From Podarcis erhardii (lineage: Eukaryota), in the NCBI GenBank assembly GCA_964252035.1, contig OZ176201.1: 64,000 nucleotides of DNA; one strand, given 5' to 3'. The stretch's first letter is position 1; the number at the start of each line of letters is the position of its first letter. Below are positions 58,025 to 64,000 of this stretch, in pieces. Below the pieces are notes generated by a model. That model made no database searches, was not told where the DNA came from, and saw only the letters and a program-made list of their open reading frames with translations. Made by a program: the position numbers and the translations under genes.

Positions 58025-59459
58025 TCATAGAAGCTGTCAACATGCTACAGCAGCCACACTCTGGGAATGGCTTCAATTGGCCAGCTAAACTGAGTGAGGC
58101 TAGCTGATGGGTCTCAAACCCTTGGTGAGTTAAGGACCCTCCAGGCGAAGACAGGCTGAAGCTGAGTGAGTGGATGAAACCAAGAAATGGCCAAGAAGGT
58201 GGTTTCTGCATGTGCTGTAGAGGGAAGCGAGGGACAGAGGAACAGCCTGGGAAAATAGTAGCCTATCTAGGAGAAGGAAAACTCTGATCCTAAACCTCTG
58301 CTGCCTTGCAGTTTATCTTCAGGAGAAGAAAAGGATAAGGAGTAAACCCTACACAAATCCAGTTCCTAATGTGGCTGGATGGCACCTTGTACGCCTCCTT
58401 CCAGCAACCAAACTGGTGCCAAATGTATTGCTCTGCTTGCCTTTGGACCACATCAGCAAGGCTGAGAGGGGAACCATGTTATCTGGGCAGCCCAGGACCT
58501 CCATCCACACACTGCCCAGGCTTGTGCCCTGGGGAGGTCACTTCACCCTTGGAGGCACACTCCATTGTCTCTCAAGATAGATGGATGCTAACCACCATTA
58601 TTGACATACATTGTATCCACATCACTGCAAATGGCCAGTGGAGCTGGTTTAAATGAGGTGCAAATCTTTAAATAAGGGGCATGGGGCTGGTTAGAAAATA
58701 ATTTTTTACTACATTATTACATTACATGGCCTTCTTGTCAGAGTTGCCGTTTCTGCTTCTGTTGGCCTTTCCCCCTGCTCATTCCTTTTCAAATTGAGTT
58801 TCGATTCCAGAACACTAATAATTTAAAGTGAATTAACATACGTTAAATGAGTCTTTACCTTGGAGGCTGGTTGTGGGTGGGACTGATATCAGCAACCTTA
58901 TTGTCAAGTCAGGATCCTAGAAATGGTTACTTGGAAGTTTCAGTGTTATAGTGAATAGGATACTATGCTCTTCGTGGTAGGAAGTTGTCTTGCCTTGGGC
59001 ATTGTATTCTGAACATACCAAAGTGTCTGTCAATGTTTGCTTGATCAAATCCATTCCAGAAGAATATTTGCCCTTCAGAATTACTTTTATCATGTGTCTG
59101 GCAGGAGCAATTTAACAGCATCAGACGGACAGCATCTGACTCTCTTTTTGTTTTCACTCTGGAATTTTAAAACATTTCTCTCTCCAGGAAGTGCTCTTAT
59201 AATGGCTGACCCGTGCAACAAATAGCTTAAAAGGTCTCAAGGAGATCCTGCACTGCTCATCCAGGAGGGTAGAGCAACTCCTGCAAGACCTGCATGAATC
59301 CCTGCAATTCCCTCCAAGTGTATGCAGAGAAGAGCTGCCAGTAGTCCAGCAAGCAATTCAAAGCACGGTGTGGCAAAGGGCTGTGTTCTTACCCCAATTC
59401 CCTTCTATGGGTTGCTCTCATATGCCTTCAGCTTGACTGAAGACTGGGTGAACATCCAT

Positions 59460-60787
59460 TCAACGGTCTGTTCAACCTAGCATTCTCCACATCAAGAGGA
59501 AACTGCAGTGGTTCTTTATGATGATGCAGTCTTCATAGCGCACTGTGAGGAAGCTGAACAGAGATCCACCAACCGTTTTGCCCAAGCCTGCAGGGAGTTT
59601 GACCTTACCACCCCCCCTGACAAAGACCAATTTCCTGGGTCAGAACATCACCAGCACTCCATGCACCAGCACTGGCGACCACATGCTTGAGATGGTAGAC
59701 ACTTTTGTATACCTGGGCTCCACCGTAACCAGCAACCTCTCATCGATGCTGAGCTGGACAAGCATATTGGTAAGACAGCTACAGCTATGGCTCCCCTCTC
59801 CAAGAGTACGGGAGAATGTAGCGCTAATGACCAATAGCAAGATGAAGGTCTACCAGGCTTGTGTGCTGAGCACGCTGCTTTATGGAAGTGAGTCACGGGC
59901 AGTGGCGGAGGAAGGGGGCGGTCTGCCCCGGTGCCAGCCTGGGGGGTGACATCGCTGTGGGCAGGCACCTCCCCCTTGGGACGCCTGGGCAGATGCCGCC
60001 CCATTGGGATGACGCTCGCACGGGCGGGCGCCTACCCAATTGGGATGACGGCTTGCACGGGCGGGCACCTCCCCCTTGGGACACTTGCTTGGGTGGGCAC
60101 CTCCCCCTTGGGATGCTCAGGCGGGCACCTTCCCCTTGGGACGCCCCCACGTGCGACGTGCTACGCCCCTGCCATCCTGGGTACCGAATCCCCATCCTCC
60201 GTGACTGGTCATGGACAACTTACAGAAATGATGCCTCAATGCCTTCCACATGTGCTGCATCAGGAAGATTTTGGGCATCACGTGGCAGAACAGAGTCTCA
60301 AACAAAGATGTGCTCTCCCAAGCCCACATTCCAAACAAATTCACAATGATGTCTCAGCAACCTTTGCAATGGCTTGGTCATGTCCACAGAATGGAAGATG
60401 GCAGGATCATCTATGGGGAGCTGTCTTCAGGCACCAGGCTTGTTGGCAGACCAACTCTGTATTACAAAGATCTCTGCAAACGTGCCGTGGAGCCTGGCTG
60501 CATTAACCGTGCCACGTGGAATCCCTTGCAGATGACCGCAGCACCTCGAGACAGGCAGGTTGTGTATCTACAGCAGTGATCGGAGGAGGAATGACCCCTA
60601 GGAGCACAAAAAGAAGAAACGCATAGCACATCTGCATCAGCACAACTGGATGCCTTCATCTGCCCCAGCTGCAACAAAACATGTCGGTCTCTGCAGCCAC
60701 AGCAGGTGCTGTAACTCTCCTATGCTTTGACTTCACCCCAAAGGTGCACGCTTCTATTGCCTCCTGAGAAAAGATGCCATCAACAAA
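59460..60787 (+). mobile_element. Decayed RTE-clade LINE (RT C-terminal half to 3' UTR), interrupted by a MITE
   Basis: Frameshifted peptides LYDDAVFIAH (FADD-like), FVYLGSTVTSNLS, KMKVYQACVLSTLLYGSES, CIRKILGITWQNRVSNKDVL, WLGHVHRMEDGRI, and a C-terminal FICPSCNKTC zinc-finger-like motif. Tail ...GATGCCATCAACAA. Confidence 0.85.
59900..60207. mobile_element. hAT-like MITE with internal GC-rich minisatellite, inserted in the RTE LINE
   Basis: Imperfect TIR CAGTGGCGGAGGAAGGGG / CAGTCACGGAGGATGGGG. Degenerate 8-bp TSD GTCACGGG / GTCATGGA. Splits the RTE coding sequence at LYGSES|WTTY. Confidence 0.7.
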
Positions 60788-61108
60788 TAGCTTACACCTG
60801 GACTGTGAAGAAACGCTAATGTAAGCTTCGTGAAAATGCCCAATATGCCTCCCCTTAAAGACAGATTGCCTCGCACACCATGTCTCTTGTAAGCAAATCC
60901 CTTTAATTATACTTATACTTTTAAGTATAAATGGAAAGAAAAGCCTTTTTGTGTGTTCTTCTCAAAATAAACAAGGTGATAGAAAGATGTTGCTTTTGCA
61001 TCCAATGTGAAAGGATTGAAAAAATCTGGATGTTCAAGTCCTTACCTGGTTCAGGGAGAGTGTTCCATTACCTAACACATTCTTTCTTTGCCCATCATAG
61101 TTCTAAAG

Positions 61109-61244
61109 CAGGCTTCCTCAACCTCAGCCCTCCAGATGCTTTGAGACTACAGTTCCCATCATCCCCGACCACTGGTCCTGCTAGCTAGGGATCATGGGGG
61201 TTGTAGGCAAAAAACATCTGGAGGCCCAAGGTTGAGGAAGCCTG
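61109..61244. mobile_element. hAT MITE (palindromic, GACTACA/TGTAG family)
   Basis: TIR CAGGCTTCCTCAACCT; perfect 8-bp TSD TTCTAAAG (61101-61108 and 61245-61252). Confidence 0.88.
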
Positions 61245-61879
61245 TTCTAAAGAGTATGAAGCATTACACGACTGCATTGACTCTGACATGCATCACTGAA
61301 CTTTGGAAGCACATCTTCATAGTGCTAGAATGTATGTGTTAAGTGAGCCCTTCCAGTGAAGAGCAAAAGGAAGCAGGCCACAGCACCCGTATTAGCTGAT
61401 TTTTTAAACAGTGATCAGAAAATAGGAGCCAACTCCTAGGGGCTGAAGTCCCTTCGGTCCCCCCAATAAAATATTTGAGGGGCTGCCCTCCCCCAGTTGA
61501 TAGGCATTGCCATTCAAAAGGTGTGCATGCACTTCAAATTGTGATTATGTGGGGTAGGGGTTACTTCAGTCCCCCCATATTTTATTCAAGTTAGACCCAT
61601 ATTTTATTCACCCCTGGACCAGAAACACTGTAAGTTGCAGGGAAATGGCCTATAGCTATACCCAATTAAGGCGGGGGAAGATGATGGCACATTAAAATCA
61701 AAATGCCCAGATGGCTTCAGTGGCTACAGATGCCAGCTGGTTTGCCAACTGATGGCCCTTCCAGAATGCAGAAGCAGCTAAGGTGCTGGTGGGTACCACA
61801 GGCTAGGCCCGTGTTGCACCAGTTCTTAAGACCTGCACTGGTTGCCTGTGTTTGTATAAGCACAATTCCAGGTGCTTCA

Positions 61880-62110
61880 GGTATTTGGGGCCCCATACAA
61901 CTTGGCCACTAAATACCTGGAGGATCCTCCTCCTTTATAGGCCTGCCCATGTGTTGAGATCTGCAGGGGAGGCCCTGCTGACAGTTGTGATGTTCACAGG
62001 TTGGTCATGCATGAACAGGACCTTTTCTGTGGTGGCCCCCCCAAATTGAGGTATATCTAGCCTTACCGTTGTAAACATTTCAGCATTAGTTCAAGATGTA
62101 CCTTTTTGCA
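61880..62110 (+). mobile_element. Old L2 LINE ORF2 3' fragment
   Basis: AAATACCTGGAGGA...GAGATCTGCAGGGGAGGCCCTGCTG...AGGACCTTTTCTGTGGTGGCCCCC resembles the L2 C-terminal RAFSVVAP region. Confidence 0.5.
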
Positions 62111-64000
62111 CAGCTCTTTGAAGAGAGAAGATGAGATCCATATACCCCTCCCATTGGACTGGCGTTACTATTTCTGCTCATTAATTTGGTTGAATTTATG
62201 GTCCCATCATGTCTACTTGTACTGAGTTGCATGTATCCCACCCTGGGACATGGTGAAGGGTTGGGCTATAAATGCATACAAACAGAATTAGCAAAATACT
62301 GGGAGTAGGAATAGATGGGGTGCATTTTCCTTCAGTCCTTCCTTCCCAGCAGAGAGAAATGTGTGGAGAACATAGAAGTAACAAACGAAAACAAGAACAA
62401 TAACCAACAGTCATCCTACCTTGAAGGAGAAAGAGGCCAGCAGCAAGTGGATCTCAAGAAATAAAGGTTTTATTTATTTATTGAGGTTTATCCTCACACT
62501 ACTGGATAGCAGGAGATGTGAGATTATCTGTCTATATTAGTGAATGCCCACTGAGAAGTAGCTTTACTGTCCACATATTAAGACTATCACCCTGGTCAGC
62601 ACAACCATTCTTGGGGCAACACTTTTCAGTTGTGATGCTGGAGGAATTAAAAGGTAGAAAACGGCAGGTGGTGATGACAACTGCCATTAAAAGCAAGTTT
62701 ATATAATTCTTACTTTCAGTGATCATGTGAGTCAGTTCCCTGCTGCTGATTGTATAGCAGTGTGTGTCATGCATAAGGAGTTTCATTTATTCGCTCCATT
62801 CCCAGTTTCTTTTTTGTTAAACTGCTCAGGGCACCCGGCCATTTGCAGCAACAACTGTATTGTTAATGTTTTGTTAAAGTTCCCAGAAGCTTATAATTAT
62901 GAACGCCAAGCAATTGCAATTACTGTTATAATCCAAGCTCTGCTCCAAGGCATGTGCTACAGCTAATAAAGAGGCAGAGTTCGCTCCAGCTTTTCTAATG
63001 AGCATGCCAGTTTGCCATCACGCTGGACCCAAATAATTGAGCAGGGACCATCCCCGATTCAAGACAGGAAAAGCAAGAGAGAGTTTTGGAGCAAATGTTC
63101 TAGTACAGTGGCAAGTAAAGCAAAATGGCTTAAGGAAACCTTCCATGTTCTTTGACTGCAGAGACCAATTGTTATTAGAAGCATTTTTCAAACAAGACTA
63201 ATAACTTCTCTACTTAGCAAGCTATCACGGTAGGATGCAGATTACCCGGTAAGTTATAATATAGGGCTTTGCAGCCTGAGGGATTCCAGGTTGAGACCAA
63301 GACAATGTTCCAGTCTGGTCTTACACATCTTTATTTAGAAGGAAGTCCCACTGAGTTCAGTGGGGCTTATTTCCAAGTAAGTGTACATAGGGCTTCAGCT
63401 TTAGTGACATGAACAGTATTTACTGAGAGATAGGACTGTTGACAACAATACCAGTGGAAAAGACATAAAATGGTGCATTTGTGGGCAAGGATTTAACCAG
63501 TCAAAAGCAAAGGAATGGAACAGCAAGAGGCAGCATTGCCCAAAATTACAAAAACAAATGACAGTATCTGAGTCAATAGGATAACATTAGGCTATGGTGA
63601 CTGGCCTATTTTTGTCCCTTATTATGGACTTCATGTTAACTTTTGTGGATGTTTTCTCTTTCCTGAGAGTTAGGCAATGGACTGTTCCATCCCACTTGAC
63701 TTTCTTTCCCAGCAGTATTATATGGTAGAGGCAGTGGAAGCAGCAGGAGGCTCAGGAAACTGAATGGAGAGGGCAGCACTTGGCTGCAGGGTGCTTATTT
63801 CCCTGACCCCTTGCTCCCACTGCCTTCTGCTGGGCAAGAAAGCAACCCATAGCCAGGTGCCTGAGATGGAAGCAGCCTGTCTCAGGGAACTGGATGAAGG
63901 GCATATTGTTCTCCAACATTGTGGAATGGCCAGTCAGAGGCATGAGAATATCCACATTCTTTTTGTAATAGGCCACAGCCACTCAAAGTGCATCCATGGT

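Noticed and set aside
55000-64000. Expected neighbour MXRA7 (mammalian synteny)
   Set aside because: No exon resembling the MXRA7 C-terminus was found by eye; its 3' UTR cannot be recognised from sequence alone.

Overview
Vertebrate genomic DNA, not prokaryotic; no CRISPR array, rRNA or genuine tRNA gene was found. The SINE/LINE content (Sauria SINE, Squam3-like and Squam2-like SINEs, Bov-B) points to a squamate, probably a lacertid lizard (inference). The window holds the tandem minus-strand sialyltransferase pair ST6GALNAC1 and ST6GALNAC2. ST6GALNAC1 is complete: 9 hand-spliced exons from 54532 to 36940, 1881 nt, 626 aa, with sialylmotifs L, S, III and VS intact. ST6GALNAC2 has exons 1-3 here (21983 to 1047) and continues off the left edge. 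Two exons absent from the ORF track were recovered by splice-phase logic, as was ST6GALNAC2 exon 1. The rest is intron and intergenic DNA dense in SINEs, MITEs (Tc1/pogo, hAT, PIF/Harbinger), LINE fragments, two solo LTRs and Penelope-like remnants. The best leads are: (1) a CpG-rich ETS/YY1 promoter-like cassette in ST6GALNAC1 intron 3 with a phase-matched donor, followed by about 187 stop-free codons in frame with exon 4; (2) a hammerhead-ribozyme-like motif in a Penelope fold-back in ST6GALNAC2 intron 1; (3) a sense solo LTR with TATA and AATAAA in ST6GALNAC1 intron 4; (4) a uORF whose stop overlaps the ST6GALNAC1 ATG. All coordinates and counts were read by eye. Repeat family names come from recalled consensus features, not database searches.
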